Shown: positions 32,901-50,100, counted from the first letter of the stretch. The stretch is 64,000 nt of DNA from Trichoplax adhaerens (GCF_000150275.1 NW_002060956.1:248001-312000), one strand, 5' to 3'. Program-made: numbers and translations. The notes: generated from the letters alone by a model not told the origin.

Positions 32901-35304
32901 ATTAAATTGTTTTATAATATCTTCTCGGTTAAATCTGAGTATATTACAAAATGAGGATTTTTAAGGTGTTTTTTTTTTAACTTGCTATTCTTTGTATATC
33001 TTCAATGCACTGATTAGGAATAAAATAAAGAGGCTGAATAGATGAAATGTATTTCATATTGATGAGCAATTACTGTAAATGTACGCATTGTGGATAGTTG
33101 CCATAAGTCTGTCTAGATTTGATGATAAACTGTAATTAATAATTAGAAAGTCGTTTCACTTGAGAAGGCACGTCTAGCAGTCGGACGGTTTCCTTCAAAA
33201 TACAAAAACCTCGCAAGTCTGGTTTCAAACTTAATTATTATCTTAAATGGCAGTATTAAGGCATTGTATAATCAGAACATGATAGTATACTTAAAATTTA
33301 AATTGATAAAGGAGCACATGGTAATATCATAAAATTGATACTGGCTATTCGTATAAGTGTGCATTCTGAATTCACCACAAGTAATTATTTCCTTACAAAA
33401 TTACTGTATCATCTCATAAAAGTTTTCACCGAACTATTCGTGTATATGAAATTAAGAATGTATTGGTACGATTTAAAGTGATTATCTATATTAATTTGCT
33501 ATTATCGTATAGTCATAGTAACGTTTTCTATTTTAAACATCCGTCAAAGTCTGACCTTTTTGAAAGTGAAAATAACAGATATCATGGAGAATATTAAAAA
33601 TTTAATTCATTTGTACAGCTATTTCATCATTTGCCTGCAACGCATACAGTATTTGCAGTACGGTATTGCATCTAATTCAAAATTAATTACTGCTTTGTTC
33701 CTTCATATCCTTTATTTTAATACCTAATTAATTACATTCTCGCTACGGTATGCAAAAGGTATCCTAAAAATTAAAAATCAGAAGGAAGCGTCCGAGGTAC
33801 CGAGGATCAATAATACTTATAGCAGTACTTGTATAAGGCATGAGCGTACTTTACGTTACTATACTGACGATACCTATGACAATGTAACGTGAACTACAAG
33901 GCCACTACTTAATTAATTATACAGAATGTAATATATACTGTCTAGTATAAATTGGTCAGGGCATGAACTACTTGGGAAATATTATTTCTTTAGATTGGAT
34001 AAGAAGGAAGTTGCAAACACAGGCCAGGGATAGCTATAAAGCTAAAAAGAAACCGAGAGTGACCAGAAATGATCGTTTAGTACCGTGTAGGCAAAATGTA
34101 GAGGATAACCATTTTGTGACACTGTTAGCCATTTCAATCGCAAATATACTACGTATGCTGTACTACTATCTTCACCCAAGAGCTGCCAGGTTGAATTTGT
34201 GCACAACCTCTCCCCAAAATGCACGTCATTATTATACTAATGGATTTAATGCCCATTTTTTGGGGGGGGGGTACTGGATGTCCATATCATGTTTCTCCAT
34301 TTCTCTTAATTTTAAAATAAATAAAATAAAATGAAATTAATTAAATTAATTAATTATTAATTAATTAACAACTACAGTATATCCAGGGTACATCTGTACT
34401 GTACTCATGATGTGTGGATGTGTGTGACACAGTCGACGGTAAGGACTTCTGAAGTCCATACTGTACTGCTATTTCTTCATAAAAAGTCCGTTATCGTATG
34501 ACGCGAGATGCAGTACAGTTCTCTGATATTCTACTACTTTACTACAGTATACAATCTCGTACAGTACAGTATATACTACTGTAATCTCGACAGTATACTG
34601 TAGTAAAATGGACCAACACTGCGCATGCTCATAGCCAAAGTCAGTCGTGGAACTGTATGAGTCATTCTATTTGTTACATCAGTGATTCAACGGCAAAATC
34701 GCTAGCAAAAATAAATTTAATCTCTTTCCTCAATTTGATCAAAGTAAACGATTAACAGTGATCATTCATTGGTTTCTTTGGATTATTAATAATCTGTATA
34801 CGTTAATCCGTAGTTGGTCGATTCCATTCTAAGCTCAGGCATGGTTTGGTGTTAACGTGATTTCATCTGTTTCATAGAATCCATGGTGCTGATGATTTTA
34901 CAGCAATCTCAAGACGTCCAAGATAATTCGTACATAGTAGGTCAAGGATAAATTAGAGAGAAGATCAGCAGATTGGTGGTGATTGTGTATGCAGTAGTGT
35001 TGACGAAATTGATTGAAGGGAGTTTATCTTGTATCGCTCCTGCATGTAGTAATAGCATAATTTATCATAGTTATACCAACAATACCACACTATATCTTTT
35101 ATAAAATAGACGTGTTGAACTAGAGAGGCTCTTTCAGAGATTAGGTATCGTACTGTAAAAGGGTACATGGACTGATCCTTCTAATATTATTATATGGTGC
35201 ATACTTGAATCAACTTAACCGCAGCAATAATCATTAAAGCAAAGCGATTATCAAATTGAAATTTTCATCAGTAATTTGTCGATCGAATATTCAATATCAT
35301 TAAA

Positions 35305-36946
35305 ATGGTTGCCAGCAACAGTTTTCGCTCTTACGTTTGGGATCCATGGTTGATCATTGCCCAGATACTTTGTTTGATTTCAACATTTTATATTTTCTTG
35401 GGGTTATGGATGACGCTAATGAACTTGATACTTGGACATCCGCGTACTCTAGATGAATTTTTCGTATATCAGGTAAAGTACAACCCACATTGTATGTACT
35501 GTATATACGTATGGTTTAGTACTTCGCAATGTAATGCCTAATTGGTATAGTGGGATATTCTGTACGAATTCTTCCCACCATATGTAACTATATTTACTAT
35601 ATTACAATAATAAAAGTCATCGAGGTAGGGACCTTTTTCCTTTTCCCCTATCATTACGGTAATATACAGTAATATTGCAAAGTTTAATGGCATATAACTC
35701 TGTGTAGAGTGTGTAATGTATCCGTTATACATTTAATTTCGGACATTCAAAAATAATTTATCAAATATCACTATTGTGGATTACGCCACAATATAACTGG
35801 TTATGCTATATCAGAAAGATTGCATCGATTTTACTTCATTTTTTGGCAGCTAGTACTATATATATATACAATACGATTCTAAAAATCGTATACGAGCATA
35901 GCGATAAATCACTGCTGTGATGGAGTACTTTCGTACACTGTTAAAGACCATGATATTTCTGATTAACTTCATTAAATAAATGACTTTCCTGTAAGTACAG
36001 GATCTACAGTATCTCTCTCTCCCATAAGTGTATAGGGTCAGTCAATTAATTATCGCTGTTGGGTTTTATCCGTGTTCATGACGATGAGTACATATATACA
36101 CGCATACTAAGAAGTTATATTTTTAAGTAACCATATATTTCAAGTCTAAATTTTAATCAATATCATATACAAATGTAAGTTTGGGTTTATTATCTGTAGC
36201 CTTCTGTCTGTATATTGTTGTTTATAGTAATTGATCATGATATCCTATAGCGAATTCTTTTTCACATGGAATACCTTTGTATTATCAACTTAAAATGTAG
36301 GAAATTGTATTTTCATCTGGTAAAGGACGCATGATTATGATTGCATTTCTTATTAATTCTCTAACTTGGTAAGTGTATGAATCTGTGATTTGTGTAGCGT
36401 ATCGAGGGCTTAAGATACCAATATTTTCGATTTTTATTTATAGTTTCTGCATCAGGGTAATACGTATACTAAAACCATATTAAAACGTATTATCAATAAG
36501 ATTAGATAAAGCGATACTAATCATGATGATGTTATTATACTTTTAATCTTAGTGCTGCTGGCTTATGGGTTGTTGTTAGGAGAGCAAAACAGGTAAAATG
36601 ATTTCCATATCATCAATCGTAACGAAATCGGTGTTCTACTAATATGAACAGAAGAGGCACCTATACTATACAATCTATTTTCGATATTAATTCACGTATT
36701 GTGTTCTCCTTGATTCAGTGTTTAGATTTTTCTGCAACGGTGTACTTTATTCACTTTATATTTTGCTGTGCATACGCTGGATTCCCTCAATCATTATCGT
36801 GGTGGATAGTCAATATGATTTGTTTATCTGTCATGGCAATAACTGGAGAGTATTTGTGTATGAAAACTGAATTAGCTGCTATACCTGTGACTATAGTAAC
36901 ATCTAATAATACTAATATCAATGATAAGAGTAATGTTAATGATTAA
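35305..36946 (+). CDS. SYS1: Golgi membrane trafficking protein SYS1
   Basis: Exons 35305-35472, 36301-36368, 36553-36592, 36719-36946 give FRSYVWDPWLIIAQI...RRAKQCLDF...WW...GEYLCMKTELAAIP. Confidence 0.93.
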
Positions 36947-37435
36947 AAATAATTGAATGTTTAGAGTCGAAAATGGAGATCTACTGCTATAACTGCAATC
37001 TTTGAAATGATATACAGCTTGTTCAATTAAGTCAATTTGCGATAATTGTACTCGAAAATGACCTTTTTCATAAAATTAATTTATTGTATGAGTAGTTGAA
37101 AATATTATTTAAAGATGATATCATACAAGATGTAGCTTAATTTAAATTCTGAATAATAACAATGCTTATAAATAGTAAAATTTTAACAAATAAAATCAGG
37201 AAAGAATTTCGTTATCAAACAATATACACAGTACAAATGCGATATTAAGTTTGCACGGTATAATTTACAAAAACGGAAACATACGAGAAGTCTTCAAATA
37301 GTAGGTAAATTGTCATAAAGGCATTGTCGATATTATGCTGTCAATAACGAATGAATCCACTATCATAAGATACCGGAGAGTCCATGCAATGACAAATCTT
37401 GTCAAAGCTTATATGAAGGATGCAGTAAAATGAAA

Positions 37436-39036
37436 CTAGTCCGGTTTGGAAAGGATTTTTTCTTTCCATAAGTTGTAGCTTATCTGATTATCGTCACTCT
37501 CATCATCAGATTTAACCTCACTTTTGTGTAGAGCCCGATTTTCAGTTCGATCTAAACGTGATAATAAAAGCGAAATTTCGTATTAATTGCTTGGCGAAGA
37601 GCACAAATGGCAGATATGAAGGTGATTTATGTCATTATGACCTATTGGAATACCAAGTCGATCTAAACTATTGTTGCCTAGACGCTTGCCCTTCGTTTCT
37701 TTTCCTTCTGCTATTTTCATTAGATATTAAGAAAACGTTTTGAAAGCTAATAAAGGAACGCCATGAACAGAATAATGCTACTGAAAATACGCTCAATTTG
37801 AGCTATTTATAATTCACCTATAATTCTGTAGAGAATATTAGTTATTTAACTACAAGAAATTCATGATTAGTACCTTCAATCTGTCGTAGGCAGGCTGTTA
37901 GAGATTCACATAGATTAGAAAACATGCCTTTGCTGATAGATGCTTTGCTATAGAGCTTATCCTTGCTAACCCTTACCTTTAAATGCCTACAGTCGGAGAA
38001 TGAATTGGTTGATTTTTAGATAATTATCATAACTTTAGGATGTACTAGCGACTTTGTTGTAATTTACCATGTACGAAGGTACATGTAAGATGGCGTATTT
38101 ATAACAAATGCATCATGCTTGCGGTACACGGCTTACCTGCATGCAACACAGAGAGCTGCAGCCGGAAACTGAGGCTTTGTAATGTCAATGCAGTTGTTAT
38201 TACCATTGGCACATTTACTATTTACGTCTACTGCAAACCTGCATGGAGTAATTGGAATGGTGCTTTTTGTCATTACAACTTTTCAAATAGTCATAAATTA
38301 TGTACAATATAGGGATCAATTTTGATCCTTTTATAAACAAATTCTATTGAGGTACAATGACTAGGTAATAAATAAATACAATTCAGGTCGAGGTAGCGAA
38401 TTCATTGACTATCGATACTGCATAAAGGATATGATTTCTTTTGCTACAGGTGTTAAGAAGTAGACAATTAACGCACTGTACAAACCTATCGAGTAATTTT
38501 TCAGCCAAAAGCTCAGCATTGCCTATGCAATTTGCGAAAACGGCTAGTTCTTTTACCGAGCATGGCTTGGATGCATTGAGTAAAACTTCGTATGTTTTAT
38601 ACATGGTATTATACACTTTTCTTGATGTTCCTGCTAATTTTGCAGCAAGTGCCTAGCCATCAATATTGGATAAGAATATACAATATTAATGCCGGGGAAG
38701 AAAGTCATGACTGACGACAAATTGTATTATTATCAATTAACATTAAATCATGTTTATCGAGGTGAAATGATGAATTTTGTTTTCTATTTTGTATCATTCA
38801 TTCATCATTACGTTTGCAATAACAGGTAGACCAACCTTATCGACAGACTCATCAAAGAGTGTCGCTGCCAAGTCAATGCATATCACAATTCTGGACGAAG
38901 AGGTAGCCGGCAGTAACTTACTTGCATTATTATTGCAGCGAATAGTAGCTAATCGATAGAATTCGGCTGCTTTCCCTAAAACTGGCTTATTTTCTACTAA
39001 TAAACGAGCACCATAGTTGGCAATTTGTTTCTCCAT
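37436..39036 (-). CDS. ORC6: Origin recognition complex subunit 6
   Basis: Six exons give VLGKAAEFYRL, VICIDLAA, SVKELAV, DITKPQFPAAALCVACR and the C-terminal SYNLWKEKILSK (compare ORC6 DYEEWKRKIL). Confidence 0.88.
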
Positions 39037-42250
<3,214 letters not shown>

Positions 42251-43050
42251 TATACTGTCAAGCCAAGAAACTCACTTGCAAGTTGAGAAATTTGCAGATT
42301 TATTAACTTCAAAGTGCAAACCGATAGATGTGCGTTTTCTTGATACCTTACTTGCACGACGCTAAAGAATAATCCAGATTTTTGGTATATAATATTACTA
42401 TAGTTTGCCAATGCTGCACTTTGTATAAGATTTAAAAGGATGTTGCTGATTATCCATAATACTAATTAACTAATCCCAAATTAATAAAATAAAGTCTACA
42501 TTATATTCGTACACACCAGTTGGATGGATGATTTTATTCTTGAAGGTACATACTTGTATATATGTGGTGAAGCATCATGACTAGGGTTAATTATAGGGGA
42601 ATTTTAATTACTAATTATAGCATGTTCGAGTTTATATGGCTGAAAATCTTTTTTCGTACTCAGTATTGTGTCGCTAGATACAGTAGATGCTGTACAGATA
42701 TTGTAGAATATTTAACGGTTTCTTAAGGATACACTATCAGTTATAGAAGGTAGTAAACCAGACTCCATAATTACTCCTAGCTCGCCACCCTGCTAGTGGT
42801 TTGCAATAATGCAATTTGAGCGTTTACTACAGTTATTACAGTATACATATACTGTCATTACCGTTTCTTCGACCGAGTGTATCTGAGTGTACACTGTACA
42901 GTACATGTACAGTAAGGAATGCCTCGCTAATGAGCAACAAGGCCAAAATAAGGCAAAATCTTCAAGCGCCTTAACGTCTAAATTAAAGCCTTTTCAGCTG
43001 CTAGTGCGATTTCCAAATCTGTTCTACTGTATACAGTACTGTACACTGTA

Positions 43051-43194
43051 CAGGGTGTAGAAATTCGATCTAGATTAAAAAAAAACAGATAAAATGATCA
43101 AAACTTTAAGCAGATATACAGTTTTATGGGTTTTATTCGAAAATAAATCATAAAAATATTCACTGACTTATCTAGAAAGAAATTCTACACCTTG
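43051..43194. mobile_element. Tc1/mariner-type MITE, 144 bp, 25 bp imperfect TIRs, TA target duplication
   Basis: Left end TA|CAGGGTGTAGAAATTCGATCTAGAT. Reverse complement of the right end is TA|CAAGGTGTAGAATTTCTTTCTAGAT (21/25 identical). The interior is AT-rich and non-coding. Confidence 0.75.
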
Positions 43195-43577
43195 TACAGT
43201 ACAGTACAGTACTGTACACTGTATAAGTACAGTACAGTACAGTACGTACAATACTAAGTACAGTAGTTTTCTAGTTTTGACTGTGCTTTACTATAGAAAC
43301 CACTGTAGTGTGCTATGGTCATAAACTACTAGAAACAACACCTCAGACGAACGGACTTTTCATATCAGATAAGGCCGTAAATATCGATAAATAGCTACTC
43401 CGTATAGATGTTCCGTGCCTGTTTTCTAAATCACTCGTATCGATTTGAATATTACTAGTACAAACTCCCGTCGCTTTGCCGACGGTTTACGATAATGTGC
43501 TCATTTAACAGATAGTATTACCATTTGATAGACCTGTCAGAGGTTCAGTAACTTTATAGTTTATACCGTGTACTGTA

Positions 43578-44166
43578 CTATGGCCATACTGTGTACTGTT
43601 TTACAATACATTGTATTGTGCTTTACAGTACTGTACAGTACAGTACGTCAGTGACTGTACTGTACACTGTAAACGCTAGAATCCGTTGAACGTGAGTTTT
43701 TCCCCACTGCTAGATCATCGGATTTGCCTCGCCTGGAGTTGGAAACATTTTCTAGTTAGCATCGACTGTTTGTTGTGTGAAATCCACCATGCTTTCCCGT
43801 TTTGTTGTACGCTCTACTACTCTCGTACAGTATTTTAATACAGCAGTGTACAGTACGGTATGCCCATTATGGCCATACTGTACTGTACAGTACTGTACTG
43901 TGTACAATTTTACAATACATTGTATTGTGCTGTACTGTACAGTACACCGACGCCTTGACGCACAGTGTACAGTACAGCACTGTACAGTACTGTACTGTAC
44001 GCCAGTGACTGTACACTGTAAACGCTAGAATCCGTTGAACGTGAGTTTTCCCCACTGCTAGATCATCGGATTTGCCTGGCCTGGCGTTGGAAACATTTTC
44101 TAGTTAACATCGACTGTTTGTTGTGTAAAATCCATCATGCTTTCCCGTTTTGTTGTACGCTCTACT
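43578..44166 (+). repeat. Tandem duplication of COX4 promoter, 5' UTR and first 10 codons
   Basis: 43578-43818 and 43868-44166 share TATGGCCATACTG...CTGTAAACGCTAGAATCCGTTGAACGTGAG...ATGCTTTCCCGTTTTGTTGTACGCTCTACT. Confidence 0.92.
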
Positions 44167-45947
44167 GTCACACGACATTTAGCTAGAAAATTTCAGTCAA
44201 GTAGCCATGTAGCCAATGCTGAAGCCCCTGCAATTAACCAACAACTTAGGGCATTAGAAGAAAAAGCCAAGGGGCCATGGAAAGAATTAAGTGCGCAGGA
44301 AAAGATTGCAAGTAAGTTGAGCCTGCTTGCAAATTGATCAGCGATAGCCCATCGTTGGTGCTATGACAGTTCTTCTGTGCTTATTTGATCGCCTTTAAAG
44401 CTTACTAATTAATAAACAAACTATCCACTCGATTGAATCAGTACTTGTGTGCCTTTTATATTAACTTAATTATATTGACTTTTTTGATGGAGCCAATGAT
44501 GAACGCATACAGTGCATTTCGTACGTCCAACTGCTGTACTGTAGATTGTATTGACTACTGTGACATAGAACGTGCAGGGGCTAATCCAGATGGGTAATCG
44601 TGACTATGGATCGCAAAAACCATACGCGCCATAGACTCTTTAGATCTAGACGACTTGAATGAGAGACAACTGGGTGAAAAATGTCTCCTCAAATTATTTT
44701 ACACTAATCATAAGTGGTTTGCATAAGAAATAGTACAGTTGAATACTTTTTCACTAGCAAACTTTGGCCGTTGATCGTTTCAGATTCTCAATGTCAAGGG
44801 AATACAATATGGGATAGCGATAGTCCTGTAGGACATACGGTATCAAAGTCTATCCTCAACATACTGCTTCTTGTGCTCTAGAAAATAGTCATCTACACTT
44901 CATCAAATCTTAACATACTATTTGCCCCATTTGTTCATGCTTTAGTGAAATTTTTTTCCTTACTGTGTTTGCCCTAAATAAGTTGTAGTATGCCATTTTG
45001 GTTTTGCTCGTACAGTGACTGACTGGACGCGTAGTAGTAGCACTACTGTATATACACGTACGCAGATCTCCGAACGAAGCTGCGCATAGACGTATTATGC
45101 TTCTTTTTTCTATTTTTTATTTTTTTGTAATAATAAATATTCCTTTCTAGTTTACCGTCAGTCATTCAAGACAACTGTTGCTGAACATAGAAAACCTGGT
45201 CCATCGAAATGGCAACCCGTATTTCTTGGAACTTCGGTGTTAATACTAGTCGCTACCGGTATTTTCATGTTTATGAAAGCAAAAAGTAAGTCTACATCTC
45301 TATACCAACTTGTTTCATAGGTGGATGGATTTTAGAATAGAGAGTACATGCTAGTAGGAAATTGATGTTAAACGTAGGTAGTGTTTTTTAACCTTGATGT
45401 AGGGTATCATAGTTTATCGATATAGGAAATGTTATATCAATTTTACAGCTTTACCTACGGCACATCTTACCTTACATCAATGATACCGTAGAGAATGGTT
45501 TTCTTAGCAGTGCTATAATAGCAAATGGAATGCTATGCCGAATAGGATAGTAATAACGTGCTACCATTTCTTTTCATGCAGATGATATTACTGTAAAGTA
45601 GCCTCTGATAAAAGTATTATTACGTAATAAATACAATTGTGGATTAAATGACATATCATTGTACTAATGACGCTAATCTGTTAAAAGTATAGCGTTATGA
45701 AAGTTACTCATGTACAAGGCTTTTCCTTACAGTTATCGCTAGCAGTTGATATTCAACTTGATCGCACACTTAGCCTAAATCCTAACGCAGGAATAATAAT
45801 TTTAAACATTGTCAATTTTACGTTATGCCTTTTATAGTCAGTCCACCAACTCCACGTACAATCAATAAGGAATGGAAGGAAGCTCAAAGACAAAGATTAC
45901 TTAGTCAACAAGCTAATCCTATTGAAGGCATGTCTAGTAAGAAATAG
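44137..45947 (+). CDS. COX4: Cytochrome c oxidase subunit 4
   Basis: Exons 44137-44311, 45151-45285, 45838-45947: transit peptide, LRALEEKAKGPWKELSAQEKIAIYRQSF, one TM helix, PRTINKEWKEAQ...QANPIEGMSSK. Confidence 0.93.
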
Positions 45948-47193
45948 AAAGTCACAGAATAGAATTTCAGCTGCATCGCGATGTTTGTGGTTTATGAATG
46001 TTATTATGAAACGTAAATATCCATCTATATTTTCCAACCACTGACACATTTTAAGTTGTTTCCATCTACAGTACATATACATTGTTTACGGATCTATACC
46101 TTGCAATGTGACAGTCTTGCACTGGCATTCCTCAAATAATGAGACAATAATATAAAAGATTGTGGAAAAATTACCGTTACTGTAGCACGTTATTGTATTT
46201 TGTGGTTAAAACCTACCTTTAGCGATGTGTTCAGTGAACTAGAAGGCTTGGCATGTAACAATTTATGCTTTCAGATTTTTAAGTATTATGATCATAATGG
46301 ATATTACGGAAATTGCTTTCATTTTACTTCCTGCTATGTTGTAGTAACTTGATCGTTTTAGAATTGGAGAATAAATATCTTTAAAAATCGTACTGTGGTT
46401 GTATCTATCAGATTCGCCCGTTTGATTGATTTATCTTATGCGTTCAGCGCAATTTTATGATCGATACAGTTTCTGATATCATGCATTCAAACCAACATAC
46501 CATACCAATATTAGAATTCATTGACTTGAAAAAATTTACTACTGAAAAATAACTAGTTTGCTTCATTTCAATTTCGGCGTTGCAAGTTACAACCGACCTA
46601 TTTGGACTTTATTCTATTCATCATATCGAACTAGAAGTGCATTACATTTGCGATAAAAAGTATTTATTCTGCCAGTGTGTACAAAGCGTAGGCATGAGAT
46701 AGTAAAAATTTTATCCTCACTTTAAAATTTACAATAACTGTTGGAATCAATTGACAGTTACTTATGTAAAAAAATAGAATGATGCAAAATTTAAGCTCGC
46801 TGGGGATCTTAACAAATTAATATTACACAGTGTATAGAACAACTTTATCGCCAAAATATAAAAATGGCAAAATCGAGGATTTGCAATCCCAACTGATGCC
46901 GTATTAGTATAAACTTTTTAAGGTACAGTACTAGATATCGTTAAATCATTTTTAATGTAGTATGTTCTACAATTTCAATCATAAATATAAGCATCGCCAA
47001 TTAAATTGTGATAAAGATCATACTGTAAACAGAGTAACCAATTTTTTCTAATACGTCATACGCAGATTCTCTAAAAAAATACTTTTACGCTTGATAGTAA
47101 AAACTTGGAAGAACATTAATACACCAAATACTGCATGAGTATACGGTATAGTCGAGATCTGCATAAATCGGTGGTTAGTGCAAATCAATAACG

Positions 47194-50100
47194 TCAAATA
47201 TATTGTAGTAGGAGTGGATCTTTCTTTAGGATGTTCATCTGGAAGTTGGTATTTTCCTCACACCTGTAAAAAGGAATAAAAACGATGAGAATTTAGAAAT
47301 AATTATATGCAATAGGATAATTCGCCTCAAAAAATCCAAATAATGGCAGATCGTAAAAGTAATGTTACTACTGCAAATGCTGCCTATTATTTAGAAATTC
47401 TAATTAAATACAACAGGTTGGTATTTCTAACTTACTTATTAGTATTTACAAAAAAGGGTTTGAATACATGTAGAGGAACATTAGTCTGCGGATCGCTACT
47501 TAGCTCCCTGCAGGAGAAAATTGTAATGAGAAGTGATATTAATAAACGCAATTAGAAATCTTTTATGGTTTTAGCACTGATAAAAGAATTTTAAGCTTAC
47601 TCTATCTCCCGTCGTAATTTGTCTATTTGATTTGATAATTCATTTTCTTCTTCTTTTTGAAGTCGAATTTCCTATCCAGAAAACAATTTTATGTGTTAAA
47701 GCTTCCGTGTAGAAAAGAGCTTTCATGTAGATAATCTATTTTAGAATGCAGCAGATATTAGTTTTACCTGCTTTACGGCGATATTTTGTAATGCTAATTC
47801 TTTAACACCTTTTGGCATAGAATCGATTATCCGCTAAAAATAACAACATAACAACAACATGGAATCAGCTCCTTCATGATCAATAGTATATGTTTGTTTA
47901 CCTATGCATATTATCAAAGTCAAAAAGCTTATCGATAAATCTTACATCTGTTATATCTCCTAGTAATGTTTCTGTCGCTTTGCCTTCGTCTAAGTGCAGC
48001 TTTGTACCTTCTATACCAATTAACCCATTTAGATTCCCTAATTCGCTCTAAAATTTAAAGAAAAAGTATGAGTATAATTATATAAGTATCCAACTGATTT
48101 GGTATATTTTAGATTAAGTCATAGCGCAGACCTCTTGTTCTTGACGTAAACTATCAATTTGATGCTTTAGTTCGAGTATTTTCATGGCTTTTACAGGATA
48201 ATCTTTGTCCTATATCAAAAATGTAATAGTACTGTTTAGTAATAATCTAATATACATTACAACAGGTGTTAGCTCGAAATTGAAGTCTGTAGTCTATATT
48301 TCATTTACCTTATAAGTTAGCAATGTCCTTAACTGCACATTTTTCTTCCCTAGAACCGCCTCCAAATCACCAAGGCGCATTTCTAGGTCTATGATAAGAT
48401 AATATTTGATACATGAGCGGATAGTCTTTGTCATAACTTATTTGCAATCAAGAGTTGCGAATTAACCTGATAATTCTTTATTAGCTTTCTGCTTTGCCAC
48501 ATTTAGCCTGTCTTGTGCTGCAGCTTTATCTTCGTCATATTTAGAATATATAGATGACATTGCGCCCTATTGCAATAAACATCCATGTCATGTATTACTT
48601 ATAAATTAAAATTTAGGTAGAAGTTTTAAAGATATCGCATTTATTAAAATATTTAATTCTTACCCTAAACATTTGATATCTTTGTAACAATTTCCGTACT
48701 TTTCCATACTATGTAAAAAAGGGTAATACAGTGGTATACAGTATTAGTGGTGAGCTAGTTTAAACTTTGAATATGGCACTGCCAAGCCTATTTACCGCTT
48801 CTTTTTCTATTTCATTGATCTCGCCTATAAGTCGGCTGTTTTCATTTGTTCTTTAATTTTAAATTAAGGCAAAATGTATAAAGTATATATATGTACTATT
48901 TCCATTTTATCTTGCTTTATCAATATCTCTTGTAGATTTGTATTTCACAACTAATTCAGCGATAATTATAGTATAATCAAATACGGTGAGTCCTATCCTG
49001 TACTACATACAGTGAAATTAATATACTGTAGTAGGAATAAACATACTGCCTCTGCATACTTCAGATACACAGTATTTGCATTTCACTTCAGAATTAGCGA
49101 CGTACCATTATATATATATATATATATAAGTTTCACTATTTAGCAGAAATGTAAGAATATATTCTGCTGGTTCATCAGCAATACTTGCAAAAGTAGTTAT
49201 ATACTTGTTATACTGCAATGGGCTCGTGAAAAATTATGCCACCGGCATCCTACCGCAGATATCAAATGGTATACGCCTATCAAGTTATATCCACAGTGGG
49301 TTCCACACTATAGCTGTCTAGTCAGAACGCAGGCCGTTGCCCTAGCAACGGCCATGCATTACGGCTACATTCTATGGTTTTCTATCTAGTGCTTTACCAC
49401 GGACTTCTATGCACTTATATGCAAATACTGTACTTCAGTGTAGCATTCTATACTTCTACTTGATACTGAATAATATATACATTCCGCCGTAGTTGTAAAA
49501 TAGGATCGTAATTTAAAATAATTTAGGATACAAATAAGAATATCGTTGTTGTTGTTCAGTGATTCCTTTTTCCGCTATTTTAATTTGAGTCTATAAATTA
49601 AAAAAATTGAAATACGTCATTCAACTAAATATGTCAATAATTTCTGCCTTTCATTCAGAAATTATAGACACTATCGCTATTCGAGAACATATAATTTTAC
49701 ACATTTAGGAGCTGACTATAGTTCCAAAGTACGACATGAACTAAACGGAATAGCACAGTAGTAGCTATGATTTGCAATCTAATATTGTCCCGAAATACTG
49801 GTGCCGACGATATCAATTATAAAAATATGAGAGAACCCAAGCATAATGCGTTTTGTAGCAGATTAATATGTTAGTAAGAATCAGAATAAATTCAAAATCC
49901 AAGATCATAAATAAAGTATCATAAGCTATCGGATTCGGAGTCATGATTTACTCGAAATCGGCGTTCATCATGTATTTACTATTTACAACGGGAAGGACAC
50001 ACGGCATGTAATGATAATACTTAACTTTTGAATTAATATATAATTTGTGTTAAGGATTACTTTGATATAAAGCTAACCTGTAATAATGCGACTTCTTTCA

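Larger units (their letters stand above)
48851..49531 (-). other. U12-type GT-AG intron (C20orf96-like gene)
   Basis: Donor GTATCCTAA. Branch TTTTGCCTTAAT lies 12 nt before the 3' end. No polypyrimidine tract. Frame preserved. Confidence 0.72.

Noticed and set aside
33963-34334. 123 aa ORF upstream of SYS1
   Set aside because: No recognisable domain; it runs through a G10 tract and AT-rich low-complexity DNA.
44576-44600. CAGGGGCTAATCCAG resembling a hAT TIR
   Set aside because: No matching inverted end or 8 bp target duplication nearby.
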